From Kineosphaera sp. (lineage in GTDB: Bacteria; Actinomycetota; Actinomycetes; Actinomycetales; Dermatophilaceae), in NCBI GenBank assembly GCA_039812485.1, contig JBDIAP010000002.1, positions 33 through 64,032 of the forward strand: DNA of 64,000 nucleotides, given 5' to 3'. Of this stretch, positions 50,445 to 59,677 are shown piece by piece. Numbering within the stretch: position 1 is the first letter of the stretch; each line of letters starts with the position of its first letter. Made by a program: the position numbers and the translations under genes. The notes under the pieces are model-generated. The model saw only the letters and a list, made by a program, of their open reading frames with translations. It ran no database searches and was not told where the DNA came from.

Positions 50445-51296
50445 GTGACGAGCACCTGGGTGGCGGTCCTGAGCAGCCCGGCGGCCGGCACCGACCCGAC
50501 GACGGTGGCGGGGCTCGACGGCCTGGCAGGAAGCCTGTCGGTGCCGCAGCTCGTCGTCGCGCTGATCGCGGGACTGGGGGCCGGGTTCGTCGTCAGCGCG
50601 GTCGGAGCGGGCTCACTCGTGAGCTTCCCGCTGCTCTTGTCGATCGGGCTCGGCCCGGTCGCCGCGAACGTCACCAACACCGTGGGGCTCGTGCCCGGCG
50701 GCGTCTCCGGGAGCCTCGGGTTTCGGCGCGAGCTCGCGGGGCTCAGGTCACTCGTCGTCGCGGTCGCCGCGACGAGCGCGGCGGGAGCGCTCGCGGGGGC
50801 GATCTTCCTACTGCTGGCGCCGAGCACCTACTTCGACGTCGCGGTGCCGTGGCTCGTCCTCTTCGCCTCGACCCTCGTCGGGGTGCAGCCACTCATCTCC
50901 CGGTGGCTGCGCTCGCGCGGCGCGCCCGACCACCCGCTCGACGCGATGCCTGCGCCGCTGCGGATGCTCTCGGCCGTCATCGGCGGCTACGGCGGCTACT
51001 TCGGCGCGGGCCAGGGCGTCATGCTCGTCGGCTTCCTCGCGATCGGGCTGCGGCAGCCGCTGACCGTCGTCAACGGCCTCAAGAACGTCGCCGTGCTGGC
51101 GGCCAACGTCGCCGGGGCCGCGGTGTTCGCGGTCTTCGGGCCGGTCGACTGGGTCGTGGCCGCCCTGGTCGCCGCGGGTTCGCTCCTCGGGGGCTGGGCC
51201 GGTGCGCACGTGGGTCGCCGCCTACCGGGGCCCGTCTTCCGCGCGCTGGTCGTCGTCATGGGCTACGCGGTGGGGCTGACGCTGCTCGTCGGCTGA
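50445..51296 (+). CDS. TauE/SafE family permease
   Basis: AVGAGSLVSFP, ANVTNTVG, GGYFGAGQG; RBS gaaggagg. Confidence 0.88.
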   Translation: MTSTWVAVLSSPAAGTDPTTVAGLDGLAGSLSVPQLVVALIAGLGAGFVVSAVGAGSLVSFPLLLSIGLGPVAANVTNTVGLVPGGVSGSLGFRRELAGLRSLVVAVAATSAAGALAGAIFLLLAPSTYFDVAVPWLVLFASTLVGVQPLISRWLRSRGAPDHPLDAMPAPLRMLSAVIGGYGGYFGAGQGVMLVGFLAIGLRQPLTVVNGLKNVAVLAANVAGAAVFAVFGPVDWVVAALVAAGSLLGGWAGAHVGRRLPGPVFRALVVVMGYAVGLTLLVG

Positions 51297-51431
51297 CCCG
51301 AGGCTTCCGGCCGGGGCTGACGTTCCCGCCGAGGGCTCGCGCGACACCACGAGCCCTCGGCTGCCGATGCAGCCCCCGGCGGGGCAGCTCGGCGGCGTCA
51401 GTGCACAACCCCCGACGGGCAGTCGGCGGCG

Positions 51432-54400
51432 TCAGTGCGCGCCGGCCAGGTGCCCGAAGCGGTGCATCGTGCGGCTCACGGCCTGCTCGCGCACCATCGT
51501 CAGCAGCTCCCGGCGGCCGGTGGCGAGGACCTCCTGCGTGAGCAGGGTGATGTCGCCCGCCGCCGCCTCCTCCTGCAGCTGGCGAGCCAGAGCGGAGCCG
51601 TCGCCGACGAGCCGGATCCGACCGGTGACCTCGCCGCGCTCGACCCGCACGAGGAAGTCCTCGTCGGTCTCGGCCCGGTCGACGAACGTCGCCAGCACCC
51701 GCAGGCCCGCGGACGTCTGCTCGTCGCGCCCGTCGAGAGCCTTGAGCTCGGCGCTCGTCGTCGGGTCGAGGCTGATGCGCACGTCGGTGCCGGCGGCGAG
51801 CCCGGCGAGCACGAGCCGCAGCACGTGCGCGAGTCGCGCCTCGGCGCTCGTGCGCACCCACACGGTCGGCGCCGGCCGGTAGCGGAACACGTTGGTCTCG
51901 ACGACCAGGTCCGAGTCGTCGTGCGGGCGCCCCAGCTCGGTCTCCCACACGTAGGCGTCGCTGCCCGCCGCGGCTCGCAGCCACATGCGCTCGGCGCGGT
52001 CACCGAGCAGCGGCAGCACGGCGCGCAAGAAGGTGCGAGCCGGCTGCTTCGGCTCGCCGAGCTTGGTCGGCAGGCCCTGGCTGTGCCAGGTGCCGAGCTG
52101 GGCGACGTAGTTGGGCCCGCCGGCCTTGGCGCCCGGACCGACCGCCGACGCCTTCCACCCGCCGAAGCTCTGCCGCCGCACGATGGCGCCGGTGATGTGC
52201 CGGTTGACGTAGGCGTTGCCCACCTCGACCTCGTCGAGCCAGCGGTCGATCTCGCCTTCGTCGAGGCTGTGCAGGCCGCCGGTCAGCCCGTAGGCGGTGG
52301 CGTTCTGCAGCTCGATGGCCTCCTCGAGGGAGTCGGCGCGCATGAGGCCGAGCACCGGCCCGAAGACCTCGGTGAGGTGGAAGAACGACCCGGGCGCGAC
52401 GCCGTCCTTGAGGCCCGGCGACCACAGGCGGCCGCTGTCGTCGAGCTGGCGGGGCTCGACGAGCCAGGTCTCACCCTCCTCCAGCGTCGTCAGGGCCCGC
52501 AGCAGCTTGCCGCTCGGCGGCTCGATGACCGGGCCCATCGTCGCGCCGATGTCGCCCGGCCAGCCGACCCGCAGCGAGCGGACGGCGTCGACGAGCTGAC
52601 GGCGGAAGCGCTCCGAGCTTCCTACCGAGCCGACGAGGATCGCCAGCGACGCGGCCGAGCACTTCTGACCCGCGTGCCCGAACGCCGACTTCACGAGGTC
52701 GGCGACGGCGAGGTCGAGGTCGGCGGCGGGCGTGATGATCAGCGAGTTCTTGCCCGAGGTCTCGCCGTAGACGCGGGATCCGCCGGTCTTTGGGTCGCGG
52801 TCGGCGCGCCAGCCCGCGAAGAGCCGGGCCGTGTCGCTCGCGCCCGTGAGGATCACCGTGTCGACGTCGGCGTGCGCGACGAGCGCCTGCCCGGCCTCGT
52901 TCTCGGCGACGCGCACGACCTGCAACACGTCGCGCGACACCCCCGCGGCGTCGAGGGCTTCGAAGATCGCCTCGGCGGCCACCTCGACACAGCCGGGCGT
53001 GGGCGGGGCCGGCTTGATGACGACCGCGCTGCCCGCGGCGAGGGCGGCGAGCACCCCGCCGATGGGGATGGCGATGGGGAAGTTCCACGGCGGCGTGACG
53101 AGCACGAGCTTGCCGGGGGTGAATTCGGCCCCGTCGGTGTGCAGGCTCGACTCCAGCTCCAGCGCCCGGTCGGCGTAGTAGGTGGCGAAGTCGATCGCCT
53201 CGGACACCTCGGGGTCGGTCTGCTCGACGGTCTTGCCGCCCTCGGCGGCGGCGACCGTGACGAGCTCGCCGCGGCGGCGCTCCAGCCCGCGGGCGGCCTC
53301 GCGCAGGATGTGCGCGCGTTGCTGCGCCGGCAGCGCGGCCCAGGCCTCGTGCGCGGCGACGCCGCGGGCGACGACCTCCTCGACCTGCCCGACCTGGTCG
53401 AGGTCGGGGCTGGTCAGCGGCTTGGGCTGCGCGCCCAGGTGCTCCAGCGCCCAGGCGCGCGTCTGCGGGAGCGCCGGGTCGGAGTCGGCCGCGTTGTCGA
53501 AGGTGTCGCCGATGGGCGCCCGGTCCGGGCTGCGGCGCGGGCCCACCGGCGTCGTGTCGAGCGCCTCGACCGAGCGACGGAAGCGGCTCTCCTGGTCGTT
53601 CATCGCCGGGCTGCCGGGGTCGGCGACGCCGTCGTCGCCGGAGAAGATCGCGTGCAGGAAGTTCTCGGACTGCGAGTTCTCCTCCAGCCGCCGGATGAGG
53701 TAGGAGACCGCGACGTCGAAGTCGGCCGGCGCGACCACCGGCGTGTAGAGCAGCACGGTGCCCACGTCGGCCTTGACCGCGCGGGCCTGCGCGGGCGCCA
53801 TGCCCTGGAGCATCTCGATGTCGAGGGAGTCCGTCACCCCGCGAGCCTTGGCGAGCAGGTGGGCGGCGGCGACGTCGTAGAGGTTGTGGCTCGCGACACC
53901 GAGCCGCACGGCGCCGGTCAGCTCGGGGCGCAGCGCCCGCTCGACGCAGCGCAGGTAGTTGGCGTCGACCTCGGCCTTGCTCCCGTAGGGGGCCTGCTGC
54001 CAGCCGTGCAGCGCCGCCTCGACCTTCTCCATGGCGAGGTTGGCGCCCTTGACGAGGCGGATCTTGATGCCCGCGCCCCCGGCCGCGCGGCGCTTCGTCG
54101 CGAACTCGATGAGCTCCTCCATCGCGGGCAGCGCGTCGGGCAGATACGCCTGCAGCACGATCCCGGCCTCGAGGTCCGTGAACTCCTCCTCGCTCAGCAG
54201 CCGCTGGAAGAGGTCCATCGTGAGGTCGAGGTCGCGGTATTCCTCCATGTCGAGGTTGACGAACGCGTGCGGGCTCTTCGCCCGCGCGATCCGGTAGAGG
54301 GGCCGCAGCCGCTCGAGGCACCGCTCGACGGTGCCGTCCTGGTCCCACGTCGTGATCTGGCTGACGAGCGAGGACACCTTGATCGAGACGTAGTCGACGT

Positions 54401-55052
54401 CGGGCCGAGCCAGCAGCTCGCCGACGCGCTCGGTGCGCGACGCCGCCTCGCCCTCGCCGAGCACGGCCTCGCCGAGGAGGTTGACGTTGAGCCGGAAGCC
54501 GTCGGCCCGGGCCTTGGCGAGGTGCTTGCCGAGCGCCGGGTCGTGGGAGTCGACGACGAGGTGACCGATGATCTGACGCAAACGCTTGCGGGCGATCGGC
54601 ACGACGATCGGTGGCGCCAGCGGCGCGGCGAACGCGCCCAGCTGCAGCATCGTGCGGTCGAGCGGGCCGAGGAAGCTCGAGGCGCTGCCCGTCGTCAGGC
54701 GGCCGAGCTCGCGGGCGGCGACGGTCGTGTCCTCCGGGCGGGCCACGCGGTCGACGAAGCGGACCGCGAGGTCGAGACCAGCGGCGTCGCGGACGAGGGC
54801 CGCGAGCTGGCCCGTCGTCGCGCGCTCCGCGCGGGTCTGGCCGGCCTCGGTCTGGCGGGTCCAGTGGTCGGCGAGGCGCACGGCCTCCTCGACGAGCGGC
54901 GCGAAGGCGGCCGAGCCCGTGGCGGTGCGCACGAGGTCGCTCGTGGCGGCGTCGGCAGCGGACGGTTCGGGCAGCCGGCCGCTCTGAGGCGCGAACGTGG
55001 GGGCGCCGGGGTCGTCGGACGGCACGGGGTCGAAGGCACGCTGCTGGGTCAT
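51432..55052 (-). CDS. putA: Bifunctional proline dehydrogenase / P5C dehydrogenase
   Basis: NVNLLGE, DMEE, IRLVKGAN, YLIRRLEEN, PPWNFP, ETSGKN, GQKCSA, EVFGP. Confidence 0.95.
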   Translation of the reverse strand: MTQQRAFDPVPSDDPGAPTFAPQSGRLPEPSAADAATSDLVRTATGSAAFAPLVEEAVRLADHWTRQTEAGQTRAERATTGQLAALVRDAAGLDLAVRFVDRVARPEDTTVAARELGRLTTGSASSFLGPLDRTMLQLGAFAAPLAPPIVVPIARKRLRQIIGHLVVDSHDPALGKHLAKARADGFRLNVNLLGEAVLGEGEAASRTERVGELLARPDVDYVSIKVSSLVSQITTWDQDGTVERCLERLRPLYRIARAKSPHAFVNLDMEEYRDLDLTMDLFQRLLSEEEFTDLEAGIVLQAYLPDALPAMEELIEFATKRRAAGGAGIKIRLVKGANLAMEKVEAALHGWQQAPYGSKAEVDANYLRCVERALRPELTGAVRLGVASHNLYDVAAAHLLAKARGVTDSLDIEMLQGMAPAQARAVKADVGTVLLYTPVVAPADFDVAVSYLIRRLEENSQSENFLHAIFSGDDGVADPGSPAMNDQESRFRRSVEALDTTPVGPRRSPDRAPIGDTFDNAADSDPALPQTRAWALEHLGAQPKPLTSPDLDQVGQVEEVVARGVAAHEAWAALPAQQRAHILREAARGLERRRGELVTVAAAEGGKTVEQTDPEVSEAIDFATYYADRALELESSLHTDGAEFTPGKLVLVTPPWNFPIAIPIGGVLAALAAGSAVVIKPAPPTPGCVEVAAEAIFEALDAAGVSRDVLQVVRVAENEAGQALVAHADVDTVILTGASDTARLFAGWRADRDPKTGGSRVYGETSGKNSLIITPAADLDLAVADLVKSAFGHAGQKCSAASLAILVGSVGSSERFRRQLVDAVRSLRVGWPGDIGATMGPVIEPPSGKLLRALTTLEEGETWLVEPRQLDDSGRLWSPGLKDGVAPGSFFHLTEVFGPVLGLMRADSLEEAIELQNATAYGLTGGLHSLDEGEIDRWLDEVEVGNAYVNRHITGAIVRRQSFGGWKASAVGPGAKAGGPNYVAQLGTWHSQGLPTKLGEPKQPARTFLRAVLPLLGDRAERMWLRAAAGSDAYVWETELGRPHDDSDLVVETNVFRYRPAPTVWVRTSAEARLAHVLRLVLAGLAAGTDVRISLDPTTSAELKALDGRDEQTSAGLRVLATFVDRAETDEDFLVRVERGEVTGRIRLVGDGSALARQLQEEAAAGDITLLTQEVLATGRRELLTMVREQAVSRTMHRFGHLAGAH

Positions 55053-55205
55053 GGTGGCCAGTATTTCCACTGCGCACCCGGCGCGTCTTGTCGATTCGCC
55101 GCGCGCGGGGCACGCCGACTGGACAACGCGCCCGGCCGTCTGGGGCGGGCGGGCCGGCGCGCGGGACACTGGGCGCTCCCGAAGGCGACAGGGAGGAGAC
55201 GCGGC

Positions 55206-55955
55206 ATGCCCGAGCCGGACGACCTCATGAGCGCGCCGCTCACCGCGGCGCTGCCGCAGGCGATGCTGGCGCTCGTCGACGAGCTGACGTCGACGATGTT
55301 CTGCCTCAAGGACGCCGCCGGCCGATACGTCGCCGTCAACCCGACCTTCGTGCAGCGCACCAACGAGCGGTCGGCCCGCCGCGTGCTCGGCCGCACGGCG
55401 CCCGAGCTGTTCGTGCCGGAGCTCGCGGAACGCTACGAGGAGCAGGACGGCCAAGTGCTCGCCACCGGGCTGCCGCTGCGCAACGAGCTGGAGCTCATCC
55501 GCCCGCCCGGGGGCGTGGCTCGCTGGTATCTGACCGCCAAGCACCCACTCGTCCACGCCGGCGATGTCGTGGGGCTCGTCTCGATCTCGCAGGATCTCGG
55601 CAACGACGTCACCGACGACCCCGACATGCGCAGCCTGAGTCGCGTCGTCGAGCACATCGAGGCGCATCTCGACGGGCCGATCCGGGTGGCCGACCTGGCC
55701 CAGGTCGCGGGGTGCGGCGTCGACGCGCTCGAGCGCCGGGTCCGCCGTGCCTTCCACCGCTCCCCCGGCCAACTCGTGCTCACCGCGCGCATCGATCGCG
55801 CCCGCACGCTACTCGCCCGCACCGACACCCCGCTGGCCCAGATCGCGCTGGGCTGCGGGTTTTCGGACCAGGCGGCCTTCTCACGCACATTCGCACGACT
55901 CACGGGGCAGACTCCGGGGCAGTTCCGGCGCTCGGCCGGACCGCGCTCGGTGTGA
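55206..55955 (+). CDS. AraC regulator with an N-terminal PAS domain, divergent from putA
   Basis: FCLKDAAGRYVAVN PAS start, C-terminal CGFSDQAAFSRTF. Confidence 0.87.
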   Translation: MPEPDDLMSAPLTAALPQAMLALVDELTSTMFCLKDAAGRYVAVNPTFVQRTNERSARRVLGRTAPELFVPELAERYEEQDGQVLATGLPLRNELELIRPPGGVARWYLTAKHPLVHAGDVVGLVSISQDLGNDVTDDPDMRSLSRVVEHIEAHLDGPIRVADLAQVAGCGVDALERRVRRAFHRSPGQLVLTARIDRARTLLARTDTPLAQIALGCGFSDQAAFSRTFARLTGQTPGQFRRSAGPRSV

Positions 55956-55968
55956 CCGGACTCGCACC

Positions 55969-56004
55969 TTGACGAAACCTTGACGTTGTTGACCGACATT
56001 TGAC
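55969..56004 (+). promoter_or_regulatory. Four phased TTGAC direct repeats
   Basis: TTGAC at 55969, 55980, 55989 and 56000. Confidence 0.55.
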
Positions 56005-56135
56005 TGCAATGAGGACCGTCGGCGACCGATCCCTAGGTAGGAAAGGCTTAGGTGCGACACGAGCGCCTGAACGGGGGTCGGGGACGTCTGCGGCACGTGC
56101 TGCGGACGAAGGACCAACGGAAGGACAACTGAGCT

Positions 56136-56564
56136 ATGACCGCCATCGTCGACGGAAGGCCTGCACGTCACGTTGCCCTTGGTCCGCACGACCTCGCGCG
56201 CCGCGTGCCGTGCACGATCTGCCGGGCAGAGACCGGCGCACCGTGCCTCGATGAGGCCGGGGCCGAGCGCACCGACCCGCACCACTCTCGCTGGATCCGT
56301 TATCAGCACCTCATGCGTCAGCGCCCCTTCACGGCGATCGTGCGCGAGCCCACCGACGAGCGCCTGCACGTCGGGGACGTGCTGCTCTGCGTCGCCACGC
56401 CCGAGCCCCGCACGCTGCGGGTGCTCGCCGACGGCATGGGCAGCCAGCAGGGCCCGGAGTTCGTCGACGCGCGCACCGTGGAGTTCCGCGCCTTCATCGA
56501 GGAGACCGCTCGGCTGACCCCGCGCCGCGTGGGGCGCCGCCCCCACCTCGGCGCCACGGCCTGA
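56136..56564 (+). CDS. Small zinc-finger protein (CxxC...GxxC...H) with a C-terminal beta-rich domain
   Basis: VPCTICRAETGAPC...PHHSR; RBS ggaagga; followed by a terminator. Confidence 0.7.
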   Translation: MTAIVDGRPARHVALGPHDLARRVPCTICRAETGAPCLDEAGAERTDPHHSRWIRYQHLMRQRPFTAIVREPTDERLHVGDVLLCVATPEPRTLRVLADGMGSQQGPEFVDARTVEFRAFIEETARLTPRRVGRRPHLGATA

Positions 56565-56613
56565 GTCGTCCCGAGCTCGGCGTCACGGCCTGAGCGGCCC
56601 GCCGGGCCGCCGG

Positions 56614-56646
56614 AGGCCCGCGATCCGCGTCGGATCGCGGGCCTTT
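56614..56646 (+). terminator. Intrinsic terminator
   Basis: 13-bp stem aggcccgcgatcc / ggatcgcgggcct followed by tt. Confidence 0.75.
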
Positions 56647-56657
56647 CGCACGACCGA

Positions 56658-56781
56658 AGGCCCGAACGTCGCACATCAACCACCGGTTGAGGGTTGAGAC
56701 GTCGGTATCGCAGCAGGTCAGAGGGCTGGGCGTCCCGGAGGTTCGGCATCGACCAAGGGTTGATGTACGACGTTCGGGCCT
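56658..56781. repeat. 124-bp element with 24-bp inverted ends (MITE/REP-like)
   Basis: aggcccgaacgtcgcacatcaacc ... ggttgatgtacgacgttcgggcct, one mismatch. Confidence 0.7.
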
Positions 56782-56878
56782 CCGGCACCGGGCGATGCCC
56801 GCGCCGGAGCCGGACCGGGCTCGCGACGACAGGGCACCACGAGAATTCGCCGCCCGGTTTGCGTGAATTGTCAGCTTC

Positions 56879-59497
56879 TCACCCGCCGGTCACCGGCTGC
56901 GCGAGCACGATCTCGGCGAGCGCGGCGCGCAGCGCCTCGGGCGCGTCGCTCGCCGCGACCTCGAGCAGGCCGTCGCGAGGGTCGTCGGCGCGCGCGATGG
57001 CGTCACGCACCCGGGTCTTGAGCCCGAAGGGGATCTGTGCGCGGTCCAGCAGTTCGAACACGCGGCCCGGCACGTCGTTGGCGGCCGGACCGAGGTCACC
57101 GGTGAGCGTGACCTGCACGCGTTGCCCCGGTGGCACGGGACCCAGGGGCACGAGCACACCGCCGCGCCCGGCGGGCCGCAGCTCACCGCGGGAGAGCCGT
57201 CCGCCGACGGCGATCGACGCCCCGGTCACCTCGCGGGCGCCGAGCACGACGAGGTCGTAGCTGCGTCCCGCCGGAATCGCGTCGAGTGGCCCCGTCGGTG
57301 CCGGCAGGCCGGCCGCCTCAGGCCTCCCGGCAGCACCGGCAGCACCGGCGACCGGCTCGCCTCGCTCGGGGCGGGAATGTTCGGCAGCACCGGTCACATC
57401 GCCGGGGCCGTTCACACCCCGAGGGCCCACCGCGCCGGCCTCGCCGGGCAACTCCGACGGCGCGTCCGCCAGATCCTCCTCGGCCTCGTCGACGCCGACG
57501 GCCGGCCCGATGACCACCGTCCGCCCGTCGAAGGTGATCGGCGTCAGAGCCCACCGGCCGTCGTCGCGATCCTCGGCGAGTTCGAACTCCCCCGACCCAC
57601 CCGCCACCACGCACACCTGCAGGTGCACGGGATTGTCGACGCCGACGGCCTCGTCGTCGCTCGTGCCGGCGAGCGGCAGGATCGCGCCGCGGCGCGCGAG
57701 CACCGGCAGGTCGTCGAGGGTGCGGAACATCCGCACGCGCCGCCCGCCGGGCCCGGCGGCGTACGACAAGCCGGTGAGCAGGTCGTGCCACTGCCCGGGC
57801 GGCAGCCAGGTGTCGACGGCCGCCAGGCCCAGCTCGCGGTCGGCGCGCGCGGTGATCGGCGCAACGACCAGCTGGCTGCCGAAGGCGAACTGGCGCGGCA
57901 CGTCATATGCGCCGTCGTCCCAGGGGTGGTCGTGATACATGGGCCGCACGAGGGGTTCGCCGGCGTGGGCGCGGCGGTTCATCGTGTGCAGGTAGGGGAC
58001 GAGCCGGTGCCGCAGCCGCAGGTAGTCGCCCATGACGCGGCGGGCCTCGCGGCCGAACCGCCAGGGTTCTTTGCTGTTGAAGTCGTCGTTGGTCGAGTGC
58101 AGCCGCAGGATCGGGCTGAAGCATCCGAGCTGCACCCACCGCGTGGCGAGCTCGTCGTCCTTGGCGCCGAACATGTGGCCGCCGATGTCGTGGCTCCACC
58201 AGCCGTAGCCGATGTTGCTCGCCGTCGCCGTGAACTGCGGCTGGAACGCCAGCGAATCCCAGCTGACGACCGTGTCGCCGGAGAAGCCGACGGGATAGCG
58301 GTGCGATCCCGGCCCGGAGTAGCGGGAGAAGGTCAGTGGCCGTCCCAGCCGCGAGTCGGCGCGTCCGGAGTCGAGGAAATGCAGGTGGTTGAGGATCCAC
58401 AGCGGGTCCAGACCGGCCAGCCGCGAGAACGCCCCCGACTGCCAGTCGAGCCACCAGAAGTCGACGCCCTCGGCCTCGAGCGGGTGGTGGACGTGCTCGA
58501 GGTAGGCGACGAGGAAGTCCGGGTCGGACGGGTCAAAGCGCACAGGATTCTGTGTCGTCGGATCGAGGCCGAGAGCCCGACACAGGGCGGCGTACCGGTC
58601 TTCGTGGGCGCGGATGCCGTCGGCCGGGTGCACGTTGAGGGTGACCGCGAGGCCGCGGCGGCGCAGGCGCCGCAGGAAGCCACGGGGGTCGGGGAAGAGC
58701 TCGCGGTTCCAGGAGTAGCCCGTCCACCCGCTACCGAGGGCGGGGTCGATGTCGACCTGGTGCCAATCCATGTCGAGCACCGCGACCGAGAACGGCACGC
58801 GCTGCGCGGCGAAGGCGTCCATGAGCGCCTCGTAGTCGTCGGCCGTGTAGCGGTGGTAGCGGCTCCACCAGTTGCCGAGCGCGAAGCGCGGCAGCACCGG
58901 CGGCGCGCCGGTGATGGCGTAGAAGTCGCGCAGCGCCGACCGGTAGTCCCGGCCGTGGGCGAAGACGTAGACATCGACCCGACCCGGCACGCGCGGCGCG
59001 AGCCAGCCGTCGTCGGTGAGCAGCAGCGACGCGGAGTCGTCGAGCACGGTGACGCCGTGGCGGCTGAGGATGCCCGGTTCGAGCGGGCAGGCGCCGTCGA
59101 CGTTGTCGAGCGTGCGCGCCGTGCCGAGCAGGTTGCCCTCGACGGGCTCGCCGTAGCGCCACACGCTGTGATAGCTGCTCACCCCGCCCTTGACCTGCAC
59201 CGACAGGCTCGTCGGGGCGAACGGCCCACCGGCGTAGGACAGGTGGAGGGCGTCCGTGTCGAGGTCGAGTCCGTCGCCGCGGCGGGTCACCTCGACGTCG
59301 ACAGGCTCAGCGCCGGGCCGCAGATCCCGGTGGAGCACGACCTGAGAGGCGCGGTCCTCGAACGCCCCGTCGGGGGCGTACTCGAGGCGCAGCAGCGCGG
59401 GCGTCAACACGGTGATGCGCGCGTTGCCGAGCTGGATCACGGTGTCCGCGGGGGCGATCGGGCTCGTCGGCAGGCGCAGGTGCGCGGGCAGGCTCAC
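56879..59497 (-). CDS. Glycoside hydrolase family 31
   Basis: GNWWSRY, LDMDWH, WWLDWQ nucleophile region, FSGD, WWSHDIGGH, LRLHS. Confidence 0.9.
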   Translation of the reverse strand: MSLPAHLRLPTSPIAPADTVIQLGNARITVLTPALLRLEYAPDGAFEDRASQVVLHRDLRPGAEPVDVEVTRRGDGLDLDTDALHLSYAGGPFAPTSLSVQVKGGVSSYHSVWRYGEPVEGNLLGTARTLDNVDGACPLEPGILSRHGVTVLDDSASLLLTDDGWLAPRVPGRVDVYVFAHGRDYRSALRDFYAITGAPPVLPRFALGNWWSRYHRYTADDYEALMDAFAAQRVPFSVAVLDMDWHQVDIDPALGSGWTGYSWNRELFPDPRGFLRRLRRRGLAVTLNVHPADGIRAHEDRYAALCRALGLDPTTQNPVRFDPSDPDFLVAYLEHVHHPLEAEGVDFWWLDWQSGAFSRLAGLDPLWILNHLHFLDSGRADSRLGRPLTFSRYSGPGSHRYPVGFSGDTVVSWDSLAFQPQFTATASNIGYGWWSHDIGGHMFGAKDDELATRWVQLGCFSPILRLHSTNDDFNSKEPWRFGREARRVMGDYLRLRHRLVPYLHTMNRRAHAGEPLVRPMYHDHPWDDGAYDVPRQFAFGSQLVVAPITARADRELGLAAVDTWLPPGQWHDLLTGLSYAAGPGGRRVRMFRTLDDLPVLARRGAILPLAGTSDDEAVGVDNPVHLQVCVVAGGSGEFELAEDRDDGRWALTPITFDGRTVVIGPAVGVDEAEEDLADAPSELPGEAGAVGPRGVNGPGDVTGAAEHSRPERGEPVAGAAGAAGRPEAAGLPAPTGPLDAIPAGRSYDLVVLGAREVTGASIAVGGRLSRGELRPAGRGGVLVPLGPVPPGQRVQVTLTGDLGPAANDVPGRVFELLDRAQIPFGLKTRVRDAIARADDPRDGLLEVAASDAPEALRAALAEIVLAQPVTGG

Positions 59498-59677
59498 CCC
59501 TTCTGTCTAACCCACGGGCGGCCGGGGGCCGCGGCGCGACACCCGGCGGGGCGCAGCGTCGACCCACCCGCCGAAAGGCGCCTCGAACGGACGCCGATCG
59601 GCCCGGCGCGGGGGTTGCGCACCCCACGTGCCGGGCCGATCGGTGGCCGCCATCCTGTCGACGAGCGGCCGGTGGCC

